Shown here: in pieces, positions 10,771 through 22,068 of the stretch
How positions within the stretch are numbered: position 1 is the first letter of the stretch
Layout: every line of letters begins with the position of its first letter
DNA from: TPA_inf: Saccharomyces
Taxonomy: Eukaryota
Length of the DNA: 64,000 nt
Reading direction: 5' to 3'
Assembly: GCA_000146045.2 (NCBI GenBank)
Contig: BK006941.2
Location: forward strand, 960,001 to 1,024,000
Made by a program: the position numbers and the translations under genes
The notes under the pieces: generated by a model
Database searches by the model: none
The model's input: only the letters and a program-made list of their open reading frames with translations
Told to the model about the DNA's origin: nothing

Positions 10771-13734
10771 TCATTTGTTTTCAGCGGCTAAAGCGGCTAC
10801 CTCAGCTCTCAACTTTAATCTACCGGACAGGATGTCACCAATCTTGTTGTATTCAGCCCAGTGAACTTCAAAACCCTTTCTTAATTCAACGTTGGTTTCG
10901 TTTTCCCAAAGGTTAGCAATTGGCTTGAAGGAAACGTGAGAACCATTAACACAGATAACAGCAGCAGAGTCATCTTCGTGCTCAACAGTTGGTACCTTTT
11001 CACCGTGAGTATCGAACTTGAATCTCAAAACCTTAGCGTCAGTGTTTGGAGAAGCTTCATTTTTCTTGTTCCATTGTTCGATAAACTTGATACATTTGAC
11101 AGCAAATCTGGAAGCGGTGACACGGTCTTTAGAAGATGGAACACCACCTTGTTGAACATGGCCTGGGATAGCAGTTCTAACACCAAACTTACCCTTGCTT
11201 GCTTCAGAGATGATGTCAGCCAACAATTGAGTGCTATATACGCTAGAAGCTTGTTCGTTTCTAACCAATAGCTTACCGTTTCTGTTTTCACCTTTGTCGT
11301 GACGAAAGTTCTCTTTTAATAGAGTTATATCTTCTCTGATAGAAGCTAAGTCGATCTTCTTTTCTGGAGTGTACACTGAAACAGCACCAGTGATTAAACC
11401 AGTGAAAGAAGCGATGTAACCAGAGTGACCACCTTGGACTTCACAGACGAAGACTCTTCTTCTTGTCGCAGAAGCACTCTGTTTGATGTCATCAGTGTAA
11501 TTGACTAATGCGTTCAAACAGGTATCAACACCAAGTGAGTATTCAGTACCTGGAACGTTGTTAGAAACAGTGGCTGGAATCAAACACATTGGAATGTTAA
11601 AGATTGGGTGTTGGGTTCTACCGTCACGCAATTGCTTCAAGGACCTGAAACCTTCAAAACCACCAAGAATAATCAAACCGTCTAGCTTGTTCTTTTGGAA
11701 GTAGTAAGCAATGGTACCCAAATCTTCTGAAGCAACAGATCTGTTCGTACCGATTTCGGAACCACCCAAGTTATGCCAGTTTTCGACATCAATCCATGAT
11801 AGTTCCTTCACTTCACCGGTTTGAATCAATCCACTGAAACCATTCATGATAGCGTATGGTTTATGGCCGTGAGACAAACAGTATAGAGTTGCGGCACGGG
11901 TGGCAGCGTTCAAAGCAGCAGATGGGGCACCAACATGGACAATACCAATGTTTAGTCTGTCAGATACTGGCAATAATTCGGAACCATCATCTTTAACGGT
12001 AGTGGATAAGAAGTTTTCGTAAAGTTCAATAAATTCTGTGTCTCTTAAAGAAATTGCCTTATCGAAATCTTTGTTTTCAATGGCAGTGGCAACAGATTTA
12101 GTCAACTTCACAGATTCAACCAATGGCATTCTAATTATCTTGTTTTCTAAAATACCAATTAATGGAGAAGGAGTTTCAGGGGTAAATTCCAGAACGGCCT
12201 TAACAGCATCGACACCTTGTAGAGTAGCTAACCATCTGTCATGAGCAACAGCTGTACCACCTCTTTGAACGTGACCTAGAATGGTTACCTTGGTGTCTAG
12301 ACCCAATTCAATCAAAGCATCTTTGACGTCATTGGCAGTAACAGGGTTTAATTGATCATCTAAAGCACCTTCAGCGACAATAATTGTGTTATTTCTTCTA
12401 CCCTTACTTCTGTGTCTTTGGCACACTTCCTTCAATTCGTCCTGCCATTTTCCGTGAGGAACAGCTCTTTCTGGAATAAAAATGTAATCGGCACCGGTAG
12501 CAATACCAGCCATCAAGGCCAACCAACCACAATGTCTACCCATAACTTCAACAACAAAGGCACGGGAGTGGGATTTAGCGGTGGCATCAATGTAGTCAAC
12601 CATTTCACAGATTCTTTCCAAAGCAGAATAAGCACCAATGGTAGAGTCAGTACCAGACATATCATTATCGATGGAACCGACAAGACCAACAATGGACAAA
12701 TTCTTGTATGGGGCGACTTCTTCTTTAGTGAATCTACCTTCTGCAACCAATTCATCAACCAAAGATGGCCATTCGTGTCTGAAAAGATCAGCACCGGTTA
12801 AAGAACCATCACCACCACAAACAACCAAAGCGTCAATACCTTGCGAAATTAAATTGCCTGCAGCTTGTCTACGACCCTCACGCTTTCTGAATTCCATAGA
12901 ACGAGCAGTACCAATCAAAGTACCACCTTCACTTAACCAACCTCTGACATCTTCCCAAGCCATTTTCTTTAAATATTTACCGCCTCTTAGTAAACCTTCG
13001 TAACCTTCGTAAACAGCAAAAACATCACAGCCGAAATGTATACCTGTACGAACAACGGCACGAACAGCGGCATTCATACCTGGAGAATCACCACCAGAAG
13101 TCATGACAGCAATCTTCTTCTTCTTTTGAGAAGAGCCCAATGTTTGTCTTAGTAAGTCAGAAGCATCGGAAGAAGCTCTAGAGATGATTTCGTCTTCGGA
13201 GGTAGCTTCTAAGAAAGCATCTTTGGAAGTTGGAGCGGAATCGGTTGCATTAGCTAAGCCTGAGAAGGTGATGTTGTTGCCCATTGGATCTTTCAAAAAC
13301 ACTAAGGTATCGGACAATTTTTCGGCTTGTTTTGGGAATTTCTCGACAATCTTGTTCAAATCAGTAGAGAAATAAGTGATTGTGGCGGTTTCGTTGGTGT
13401 CGAAAGTTTCATCGATTGGAGCAGACATCACTAAACGAATCTTTAATAGAGCACCTTGACTTTGAGCCTTGTTAGTAGCTTCTTGTTGTGGTATACGGAA
13501 CCCAGAAGCATCAACCTCACTCAACTTGAAAGATTCTAACCAAACTTCTCTCAAGGAATCTTGGGAAGTCCCTGAAGATAGTAAGCTATTTTCACCATGT
13601 TTGAATTTGTTGAAATCTTTCACAGTTGCAAATCCTAGAGTGTGATAAAAGTGAATGGTCTTCTTGAATAAAGCTTCATCATTTGTGATGATAGATCTGA
13701 ATGCAACACCGTAGCATGAATCTTGAGATTGCAT
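10771..13734 (-). CDS. PFK1: 6-phosphofructokinase alpha subunit, 987 aa (two tandem PFK domains)
   Basis: PFK signatures in both halves (MTSGGDSPGMNAAVRAVVR, VVCGGDGSLTGA and IILGGFEGF). 987 aa equals PFK1. Confidence 0.97.
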   Translation of the reverse strand: MQSQDSCYGVAFRSIITNDEALFKKTIHFYHTLGFATVKDFNKFKHGENSLLSSGTSQDSLREVWLESFKLSEVDASGFRIPQQEATNKAQSQGALLKIRLVMSAPIDETFDTNETATITYFSTDLNKIVEKFPKQAEKLSDTLVFLKDPMGNNITFSGLANATDSAPTSKDAFLEATSEDEIISRASSDASDLLRQTLGSSQKKKKIAVMTSGGDSPGMNAAVRAVVRTGIHFGCDVFAVYEGYEGLLRGGKYLKKMAWEDVRGWLSEGGTLIGTARSMEFRKREGRRQAAGNLISQGIDALVVCGGDGSLTGADLFRHEWPSLVDELVAEGRFTKEEVAPYKNLSIVGLVGSIDNDMSGTDSTIGAYSALERICEMVDYIDATAKSHSRAFVVEVMGRHCGWLALMAGIATGADYIFIPERAVPHGKWQDELKEVCQRHRSKGRRNNTIIVAEGALDDQLNPVTANDVKDALIELGLDTKVTILGHVQRGGTAVAHDRWLATLQGVDAVKAVLEFTPETPSPLIGILENKIIRMPLVESVKLTKSVATAIENKDFDKAISLRDTEFIELYENFLSTTVKDDGSELLPVSDRLNIGIVHVGAPSAALNAATRAATLYCLSHGHKPYAIMNGFSGLIQTGEVKELSWIDVENWHNLGGSEIGTNRSVASEDLGTIAYYFQKNKLDGLIILGGFEGFRSLKQLRDGRTQHPIFNIPMCLIPATVSNNVPGTEYSLGVDTCLNALVNYTDDIKQSASATRRRVFVCEVQGGHSGYIASFTGLITGAVSVYTPEKKIDLASIREDITLLKENFRHDKGENRNGKLLVRNEQASSVYSTQLLADIISEASKGKFGVRTAIPGHVQQGGVPSSKDRVTASRFAVKCIKFIEQWNKKNEASPNTDAKVLRFKFDTHGEKVPTVEHEDDSAAVICVNGSHVSFKPIANLWENETNVELRKGFEVHWAEYNKIGDILSGRLKLRAEVAALAAENK

Positions 13735-14576
13735 CTTTGATATGATTTTGTTTCAGATTTTTTATATAAAAGCTTTCCCAAATAGTGCTAAAGTGAACTT
13801 AGATTTTTTGGTACCTGTTTCGAAATTAAAAATAGAAAAATTTCTCTCCCTATATTGTTATTCTTACTTCAAATTTGTTTATCGTTTATTTACTAGGCGA
13901 GACTTGAGTAGACGACAATCCAAATAGAATTAACAGATTTTATTGGTAGAAAGCAATAATATTCTTTAGATGGTTGAGAATAAAGAAGTAAAAAAACCAG
14001 TAAAGAGAAAAAGAAAAGGAAGAAAATTAAAGAAAAAGGATGATTACACAAGAAGATAATAAAAAAACTCCTTTATTAAGAGCGGAAGAATTTAATAATG
14101 AAGATGGGAATAAGCAAAACAAAAACAAAGAAGGGAAAAAAAATAAAAAATCGTATTTATTTATTTAAAAAATCATGTTGATGACGACAATGGAAAAAAA
14201 AAACCGATTTCACTTTCTCATCCTTATATTTTTCAAAGGTTGATGCAAGTCGATCTCAAATCGGATAACGCTGCCAACTGGGAAATTCCGCAATTCCGCA
14301 AGAAAAAAAAAAATGTGAAAACGTGATTGCATTTTTTACAGGTCCTAAAGGATTTAGCCCACATATCAAGAGGGTGGCAGTAATTGCACTGATTAAGCAT
14401 TCGTCAGCATTAGGCGAATGTGTGCATGAATATTGCCAGTGTGCTCGATATTAGAGAGTACATTGAAGAATATTGTACCGGATTATGTACAATAACTTTG
14501 TTAATGAGATATTAATTTTCTTTTTTACTAGCCGCTATCCCATGCACGATGCTAAATTTCAAGAAGAAACTGAGAT

Positions 14577-14777
14577 TTAAAAAATTAGTGGAAGCTGATA
14601 AAACGGACTATAATGGTGTATGGATTGAGGAATCTCGACATGTTTTTCCATCGTTTTCAACGATGACTGTAACCCGTAGATTGAACCAGGCATGCCAAAG
14701 TTAGTTAGATCAGGGTAAAAATTATAGATGAGGTTATATGTATGGTACGTAAAATTTACATGTTTGGATAGTATCAT
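14577..14777 (-). CDS. Small 66-aa ORF in the PFK1 upstream region, possibly the short annotated ORF YGR240C-A; coding status uncertain
   Basis: Only support is ORF length, location and a vague recollection of a 66-aa YGR240C-A between PFK1 and YAP1802. No domain evidence. Confidence 0.25.
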   Translation of the reverse strand: MILSKHVNFTYHTYNLIYNFYPDLTNFGMPGSIYGLQSSLKTMEKHVEIPQSIHHYSPFYQLPLIF

Positions 14778-14874
14778 AAAATATAGAAAGGTGGAAGGGA
14801 TTACCTAAAAATCAGAGTTTATAATATGCAAGGACGGCCTGTTGAGAACAAAAAACTGTAGTATCTATCGCTCA

Positions 14875-16581
14875 CTATATATCTATTAAGTTAGGATTTT
14901 CTTGCTGATGCTGCTGTTGTTGCTGTTGTTGATTGATGGGGACAAACGCAGTGGGAACCATAACATACCCTGTTTGCTGACCCTGCATCATTTGTGGTTG
15001 CTGCTGCGCACCAGTAGAGGCATACTGAAGTTGACCGGCCACGGGATTCGTCATGTATGTGCCCATTGGTGATGTCACCACGTTTTGAGCCTGAAATGGA
15101 TTACCTGTTTGACTATGAGCAAGAATCGGGGTGGTTTGTGCTTGTTGGAGGGTAAAAGGATTTGGGGAGTTTTGGAAATTTTGTTGTTGCTGTTCTCTGG
15201 CAATATTTTCTAGCGAAAATGGGTTGTTAGACCCCGTTTTTGTTGGATCTAAAGTGCCGGTCATAATTGCATTGTTCTCGGTGGTCGTGTATCCGCCGAA
15301 CCCTGAGCCGGTGAAATTTGGGGTGTATTGAAGGTTAGAAGCATACATCCCAGTTTGTTGATTATTCAAATTTGGAGTAATCTGTATCTCACTTGGTTGT
15401 GGCATTGTAGACGCAGATGTCAACTGTAAAGCCTGTTGCTGTTGTTGCGGTATCAAGAAGGGGTTAGCAGTTGGTTGAGGGACTTGAGCGGTCATTTGTG
15501 GCTGGGTTGGTTCGAATGAAAAGGTGTCATTATTTAAATCTTGCTGTTGTGATCCAAATGGGTTGTAAGCATCTTGTGGGACCGTGGGGGAAATGAGCAA
15601 CTGTTGGTTTTGTAATTGTTGCTCCAGCAGTCTTTTTTGTTCCCTTATCTGTTCCAGTTTCTTCTGCGCTATAGACTTATTCTTGTCATTGCTGTTGTTA
15701 TTGTGACTACTGGTAGAGCTAATGGCCGTAGATGGTTTTCTATCTTGCTGCGGTTCAGAAGGTTCACCTCTTTGTCTTTTTGTTTCCTCTCTCAAATGCT
15801 CCTCAAGGGAGTTAATTAACTTTGTAGTAATATGTTTGATAACGGGGATTTTCAAACCGACAGCTTTTCCTATTTTTAGGTATCTAACAACATATTCTGT
15901 CATATCCACGAAATCCTTATAGAGATCCAGTGTTCTTTTTGCGTGCTCAATGGACAATTCGAAGAATGATTCTAAAAGTGTAATGACACCTTCATTAAGA
16001 GCATTGTACAGACCTAGTAAATCTTGTACTAACAATTGGAATGCATACAATAACAAATGGTTTTCTAAATCTGAAACAGAGTATTTATTCCTTATCAAGG
16101 CATTAATTTGAATTTCCAATGATTCAACATGATCTAGCTCTTCATCCATTGAAAGCTGGTTCTTACTGCCCAGCTTTAGCGAGGAGTAATTGTCTCGTAG
16201 GTGATCCATACCTAGCCTGCCATACTCTTCACAACGTGTTTTTAGGTATTCGTCGTATCTCTGCAAAGCCCTCATATCATTGGAAGACCACTTAGTAGTA
16301 TGCGAAATCTTTCTCAATTGGAAAACATCCAAATTATGGGAATAGTGCCTTAGCGTGACATCTTTTTCGCCTTGTTGTATCATCAGATGCAACACAATCA
16401 ATGCCTTATAAACAATGGTCCAGGCTGTATCAGACAACCTTATATCCAATGCGTGGGTAATCTCTTGCAATCCTCTTGCGCTCGAAGTGCCCGAGAGAAT
16501 AGGGTCCACATATTTTTGCTTTGGAGGGGCCATCTTTATTTTGGTCGCCCCTTTAACCAACTTAGTATATAATGAAGACAT
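14875..16581 (-). CDS. YAP1802: AP180-family clathrin assembly protein Yap1802, 568 aa (N-terminal ANTH domain, Q/N-rich C-terminus)
   Basis: N-terminal ANTH-like region, then a long low-complexity Q/N/P-rich tail ending in QQQQQQQHQQENPNLIDI. 568 aa equals YAP1802. Confidence 0.93.
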   Translation of the reverse strand: MSSLYTKLVKGATKIKMAPPKQKYVDPILSGTSSARGLQEITHALDIRLSDTAWTIVYKALIVLHLMIQQGEKDVTLRHYSHNLDVFQLRKISHTTKWSSNDMRALQRYDEYLKTRCEEYGRLGMDHLRDNYSSLKLGSKNQLSMDEELDHVESLEIQINALIRNKYSVSDLENHLLLYAFQLLVQDLLGLYNALNEGVITLLESFFELSIEHAKRTLDLYKDFVDMTEYVVRYLKIGKAVGLKIPVIKHITTKLINSLEEHLREETKRQRGEPSEPQQDRKPSTAISSTSSHNNNSNDKNKSIAQKKLEQIREQKRLLEQQLQNQQLLISPTVPQDAYNPFGSQQQDLNNDTFSFEPTQPQMTAQVPQPTANPFLIPQQQQQALQLTSASTMPQPSEIQITPNLNNQQTGMYASNLQYTPNFTGSGFGGYTTTENNAIMTGTLDPTKTGSNNPFSLENIAREQQQQNFQNSPNPFTLQQAQTTPILAHSQTGNPFQAQNVVTSPMGTYMTNPVAGQLQYASTGAQQQPQMMQGQQTGYVMVPTAFVPINQQQQQQQHQQENPNLIDI

Positions 16582-16944
16582 TGTTTCACAAACACGCCTC
16601 TATATCTATTATAGGGGTAGCCGAGACAGTCGCGCTTGTATGCTTGATATTGTTACTCTCGTAGATGTTAGCAAGCGTAGCAAATTGGTACTCCTGCTAC
16701 AGATTTATTTTTTCTCCTTCTAAAATTATAACTCAAGCAAGAAGCCCTAATAACAAGTTAACCAGACTAATAAGTCGACTTTTTCCTCGAATGTAGAAAA
16801 GAAACTTTTCTACGCAGCTGCAAACTTAATCTATCCCTCCACCAAAGCAAAATGAAAACAAAGCCATACTGGGAAAAATCTGAAAAAAAAAATGGTAGGA
16901 GTAAAAGAAAAGAAAAAATAAAGGTTACCCTGCAGTTTGGATAG

Positions 16945-16951
16945 TCGGGTA
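16945..16951. promoter_or_regulatory. Reb1-like site CGGGTAA in the divergent YAP1802/MPC3 promoter, inside a local GC-rich island (16980-17110) that also carries a CCCCT STRE at 16998-17002
   Basis: Exact match to the Reb1 core (TTACCCG reverse complement). The location in a divergent promoter is typical for Reb1 sites. Confidence 0.35.
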
Positions 16952-17335
16952 ACATTTGGCCCTTTTCCTCCTTGATTGGATATTATTACCCCGATTACCC
17001 CTCATCTTGGGAGTGCCCCGCTTTTATTTCTCCCGCCAATCGGCTATTAACGGCTTTACGTCATTCCGTGGGCGGGTCAAGCGAGCCGCTCCCTGGTTTG
17101 GTCACGCAAAACCGAAAGGCTCAAACAAAACTAAGGCCATCATATATATATATGCGGCTGCGTGCGTGTATTCTCCCGGATAATATGGTGCGTTGCAATT
17201 GGAGTATTGGAGAAAATTTTCTTTTCCCTTTCATTACGGCGGAAATACTTCATATAAAAAAAAAGAATACAATCAGTCTTTAAGACTATACGCATAAGCA
17301 TTCAAGACACATAGAAACACAAACCTATATTTTTA

Positions 17336-17776
17336 ATGTCAGCATCAGCTTTTAATTTTGCCTTTAGAAGATTTTGGAATAGTGAAACAGGCCCTAAAAC
17401 AGTACACTTCTGGGCCCCAACTTTGAAGTGGGGGCTGGTCTTCGCAGGGCTAAATGATATTAAGAGGCCTGTTGAGAAGGTATCAGGAGCACAAAATTTA
17501 TCTTTATTAGCGACGGCACTGATTTGGACGCGTTGGTCGTTTGTCATCAAGCCCAAGAACTATCTGTTAGCTTCCGTCAATTTTTTCCTGGGTTGCACTG
17601 CAGGCTACCATCTAACAAGAATTGCTAACTTTAGGATACGGAACGGTGATTCTTTTAAACAGGTTATTCACTACATAATAAAAGGGGAGACTCCTGCAGC
17701 CGTCGCAGCAAAGCAAACTGCATCCACATCGATGAACAAAGGTGTGATCGGTACTAATCCGCCAATAACGCACTGA
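17336..17776 (+). CDS. MPC3: Mitochondrial pyruvate carrier subunit Mpc3, 146 aa
   Basis: 146-aa ORF with two or three hydrophobic helices (FWAPTLKWGLVFAGL, LLATALIWTRWSFVI, FLGCTAGYHL) typical of the MPC family. Length matches YGR243W. Confidence 0.9.
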   Translation: MSASAFNFAFRRFWNSETGPKTVHFWAPTLKWGLVFAGLNDIKRPVEKVSGAQNLSLLATALIWTRWSFVIKPKNYLLASVNFFLGCTAGYHLTRIANFRIRNGDSFKQVIHYIIKGETPAAVAAKQTASTSMNKGVIGTNPPITH

Positions 17777-18035
17777 TTACGTAAACGATAATATGTTCCT
17801 GAACTCGCATTTTTTTAATGATTTTTTATGACCTCTTATATATTCTTTCATTATATAACCTCTATATTACATCAAAAGATGGAAAAATATAAAAAAATTA
17901 AAAAAAAAAAAAAGAAATTTTTTCCAAAAGAGTATATTTATATGTATGTATACATGTAGGGAAAATAAGAAACTTTATTAATAGTAAAAAAGCATATATA
18001 CTTTATTATTAACTCTTTTGTTTTTCTCGAGAAGC

Positions 18036-19319
18036 TTAATTTTGGGTCAATTCAACGACCTTTTTAGCAGCAGGATCTAATTCATCAAACGAATAAATCT
18101 TCACGCCTGACTTATTGATAATGTCGCGGCCTTCTTCTACTTTGGTACCTTGCAAACGTGCCACAATGGGGACCCTAACTTCTAGTTCTCTGGCGGCTTC
18201 TACCAGCCCCAGGGCAACATAGTCACATCTTACGATACCGCCGAAAATATTGACGAAAATTGCATCTACGTTCTTATTGGATAAGATCAATTCGAAACCT
18301 TGTTTGATGGTCTCAGGGGTGGCACCACCACCACAATCCAAAAAGTTCGCAGGATCGCCTCCATTTAATTTGATGACATCCATAGTAGCCATAGCCAAAC
18401 CAGCACCATTGACTAAACATCCAATGTTACCCTTCAACTTAACAAAATTCAAATCATACTTCTTTGCCTTAACTTCATCAGGATCTTCTTGTGATAAGTC
18501 CCTCCAGGAATATATCTTTTCCTGTCTGAATGATGCGTTATCATCAAACCCAAATTTGGCGTCTGTACACATGATTTTGTGGGTTGGATCATGTTCAATT
18601 TCACTCAAAGGGTTAATCTCCACTTGTGTAGCATCCCTTTCCATGAATATTTTATACAAATTGGAAACAGCTTTTGCTGCCTCGTCTTGTGCATCGGGAC
18701 TGAAACCGAGACTCTTGGCAACATCCTTGGCCATTTGTGGGCTCAATCCCTTTGAAGTTTCAATTGAAAATTTCTTTATAGCATCTGGGGTTCTCTCAGC
18801 CACCTCTTCAATATTCATACCACCTTGACTGGACGCAATGATCATCGGTTTCTTGGTTTGTCTGTCCATTAGAATAGATAAATAAGCTTCATGCTTTGTA
18901 TCTACTCTTTTCACTATATATACAGCAGATACTGGCTTCCCCGCTATTCCCGTCTGTTTAGTAATCAGGTTATGATTGAGCATTTCTTTTGCAACATCCT
19001 CTGCCTGCTGAGGACTTTCGATCATGTGAACACCGCTTTTGTAACCGGTGTCGAAGTGACCTTTACCTCTACCTCCGGTCAATGCCTGCGCCTTGATGAC
19101 CAGTTTGTTAGTGTTTAATTTCTTGGCTGCTTCGAAAGCCTCTTCGGGAGTGAACGCTGGAAATCCTTCTGGAGTACCAATACCGTATTCCCTCAATAAC
19201 TGAGCTGACCTGTATTCATGAATTGACAAGTGTCTCCTTGCTTGTAAAGCAGCTTGCGCGTTTAGCCTGCTTAATTGCCCACACTTTGAAATTAGGGATA
19301 AGGATTTTCTTGAGTACAT
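18036..19319 (-). CDS. LSC2: Succinyl-CoA ligase (ADP-forming) beta subunit, mitochondrial, 427 aa from the second in-frame ATG; the longest ORF extends 5 codons further to 19334
   Basis: ATP-grasp N-domain and CoA-ligase C-domain (GNIGCLVNGAGLAMATMD). I recall the annotated protein starting MYSRKSLSL… (427 aa). Confidence 0.93.
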   Translation of the reverse strand: MYSRKSLSLISKCGQLSRLNAQAALQARRHLSIHEYRSAQLLREYGIGTPEGFPAFTPEEAFEAAKKLNTNKLVIKAQALTGGRGKGHFDTGYKSGVHMIESPQQAEDVAKEMLNHNLITKQTGIAGKPVSAVYIVKRVDTKHEAYLSILMDRQTKKPMIIASSQGGMNIEEVAERTPDAIKKFSIETSKGLSPQMAKDVAKSLGFSPDAQDEAAKAVSNLYKIFMERDATQVEINPLSEIEHDPTHKIMCTDAKFGFDDNASFRQEKIYSWRDLSQEDPDEVKAKKYDLNFVKLKGNIGCLVNGAGLAMATMDVIKLNGGDPANFLDCGGGATPETIKQGFELILSNKNVDAIFVNIFGGIVRCDYVALGLVEAARELEVRVPIVARLQGTKVEEGRDIINKSGVKIYSFDELDPAAKKVVELTQN

Positions 19320-19764
19320 TTTGTTCAGTTGCAATGCTTCAGTATTTTTTTCGATTGTATTGACTCAATCCTTATTAATCCTAACTACCTAAAAGTCAGT
19401 TACAAAAAAACTGGACTATCGCTCTATAGTCACTGTTATTTTTCGAGAGAAAACGTCAAAGTGCTGATAAGGAAAACGTCGATCTTATATAAAACCTCAA
19501 AGATGTTGACTACGCGGCAATTGAAAGGCCAACCAACTTTTAGAATACTCACTCCGCCGCTGCGGGGAAAAGCCGAGAATTCCCGATGAACACATAATCG
19601 ATACCAGTTGGAGCATTTTTCTCTGTACCAAGACATAAAAAGAGTTTTTTTTAGTATCTACCTGGCTTTGGTGTTCCATTCAAGGTAGAGAAGTCCTCAT
19701 ACAGTTGGAGAGATGAATGTATCTGTGTATATGTATGTATATATTAATATGGCTACGATGTCGT

Positions 19765-22068
19765 CTAATACCCCTTCTTCTTTTGTTTGGTGATGTGTGC
19801 ACGTAACACTTTTTGCTTGTCTCGTAGTGACATTTTTTGTTTACCTCTAACAGATCTCTTGTGAATAGACATAACAAAGTTCTTCCTTCTTTCTTTTTCT
19901 CTGTTGGTAGTAGAACGCATGTTGTCACGCTTACCGCGTCTACTACCAAATTTGTCTCTACCTTCACGACCTTCCAACACCTTTTGTAATCTTTCCTCAC
20001 GAGACTGTTTGTATTTGATAGGGCCTGTTAGTGTACTTGCATCAACTAACTCTTCACGCTTGTCTTGTTTGTGGATACCCATTATTTTAGCAACGCTTTC
20101 CTCATTACGCAATTCTTGTAGTTTAGCGAAATCTGCCGGAGTTAAAATACGTGTAGAAGCAATTTCACGGAAGGCAGCTTCGGGATCTATATCTGCATCT
20201 TCTTGCTCATCCTTCACTTCTTTTTCATCGTCATCATCGCTTAGTTCCAAATCGGAATCTGATTCCTTGCCCTTAGCATTGTCTTTTTCATCGTCACTAT
20301 CTTCCATATCAACGTCATATTCTTTATCACTATCCATGGTGACCCACTCACCGTCGACATCGTCTTCTTCGCTATCGACATCTACTTCCCAGTTGGCATC
20401 AGCGTCTTCATTTTCACTCTCTTCACCATGTTCTTTCTTCCATTTGGCTAACAGTTCGATACCAGCAATCCCTTGAACACTGTTGTCGGCACCAAATTGC
20501 GGTCTTTTTGAATCTTTACCTCCTTTCTTGGCTTCTTGTACTTCCATGGCGGCATTCTTACCACGATCCTTCTTCTTTAGCATTTCTGGTGCCACGTCTC
20601 TATACAACGCTATCAATGACTTGGCAGCCATATTGACACCTTTAGCTTTAGACCCCTTATATTCTACCAGATCCTGTAGTAGAATCTCATCGATAGCCAA
20701 AGGTGCACGAGAGCATATTTCTCTAATGGTATTAATGCCTGCAGCAGCGACTTCATTGGCAACACCGTCTGATACAAACTCGTCTGCAATCTTTCTCACC
20801 ATGACATTTATAACTTCAGGAGGGACAAGATCATGACATGCTTGGGCACATGCGGACATAATTCTTGTAACATCTCTTTGTTTCGGAGTTAAGTACTTTA
20901 AAAAAAAAGTATAAATTCCTAAAACAATTAACTTATGGGTACCAATCAACCTTGATAACAGCTGCATCAAAGATATTTTTTGTTCCATGTCAAATTTGTT
21001 TTTCGTTTTGCCTGAAAGATGTTCCTTAAACAATTTTTCGGCAAATCCTTGTGGATCTCTCAAAAGGTGGATAGCACTGAAGTTTAAATACCCTTGAGGA
21101 GCACCCGGTCCGTTCTTCTTCTTCTTCTTCACAGTTTTTATGGCATTCTCCAGCTTCTTACCACGTCTACCCGTTTTTTTATTGACTTGCATCTTATGCC
21201 TTAATGCATCTAAATCAAACCCATCCTCATCCTCGGAATTTTCTTCAAAATTTTCTTCACGTTCTCTGTCAGCATCCAAAAAAAACATCACACCAGACAT
21301 GACAATCTTAACATCCTGATGTAATGCTGCTTGGGTCATAATTTCTACTGTTCTTGAATCATCCCAAATACCACGTCTCCAAAGTTCTCTGGTTAATTTT
21401 GTGGCCCAGATTCCCTGGGAATCTGGTTGATCTAACAAATTAAAGCAAACGGCCTGCGTAGATTTGTTCAATTTTTGATTTTTACCATTAGTATTACAAC
21501 TTTTTAATAAAGAAATTAAATTTGTATAAATGATTTTCCTCAATTCCTTGGCGTGTGAATTAACGCCGAGTGAATTACCATGGGAAGAGTAAGCAACCAA
21601 TAAAGGAAATAAGCTTTGAATTAATTCCTCAGCAGTAATGACGTCCTTATTCCTTAACATCGTCAAACAACTTAAGATTTTTTCTTTCAATTCAAATGGC
21701 AAGGACTTATGGTGTTCCAGCAAAAGCTGCTTTAATTCAGACGGGAAGTTTGCAGTTTCACGAGGAAAACATGAGCAGACTTGAGATACGAAGCCAACCA
21801 ATTCAATAAGTTGCGAAGTTGAAGTGCTCATGGTGGTACCGTTAGTACCTGCCATTGTAGAAGATCCATTTCCTACATCGAGCCCATTAGTGGCAGCTGC
21901 AGAATCACCTCCAGCAAGCCCATTTAACATAAAAATGTCCCTTAGCGATTCATAATGTGCATATTGTTGAAGAAACTCCTCTTGATAGGACTCTGGGTCA
22001 CGCTTTACCAAATTCTGTAAAAGAATGATATTTGTTGGGAGCATAGCTGCTCTACTTCTTCTACCCAT
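19765..22068 (-). CDS. SDA1: Sda1, 60S pre-ribosome export / actin organisation protein, 767 aa
   Basis: 767-aa ORF with long acidic Asp/Glu/Ser runs in the C-terminal third and a basic extreme C-terminus. Length and sequence recalled as SDA1. Confidence 0.92.

Noticed and set aside
13763-13770. TATATAAA about 30 bp upstream of the PFK1 ATG
   Set aside because: Too close to the start codon to be the functional TATA box for a yeast mRNA, where TSSs lie 40-120 bp downstream of TATA and upstream of the ATG. Probably just an AT-rich 5' UTR.
16415-16723. Small ORFs overlapping the 5' ends of verified genes on the opposite strand: 16415..16723 (overlaps YAP1802; probably the dubious YGR242W), 52481..52921 (overlaps TNA1; probably the dubious YGR259C), 61648..62058 (overlaps MES1; probably the dubious YGR265W)
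   Set aside because: Each overlaps a well-supported gene on the other strand. They have no recognisable motifs and correspond to ORFs I recall being classed as dubious.
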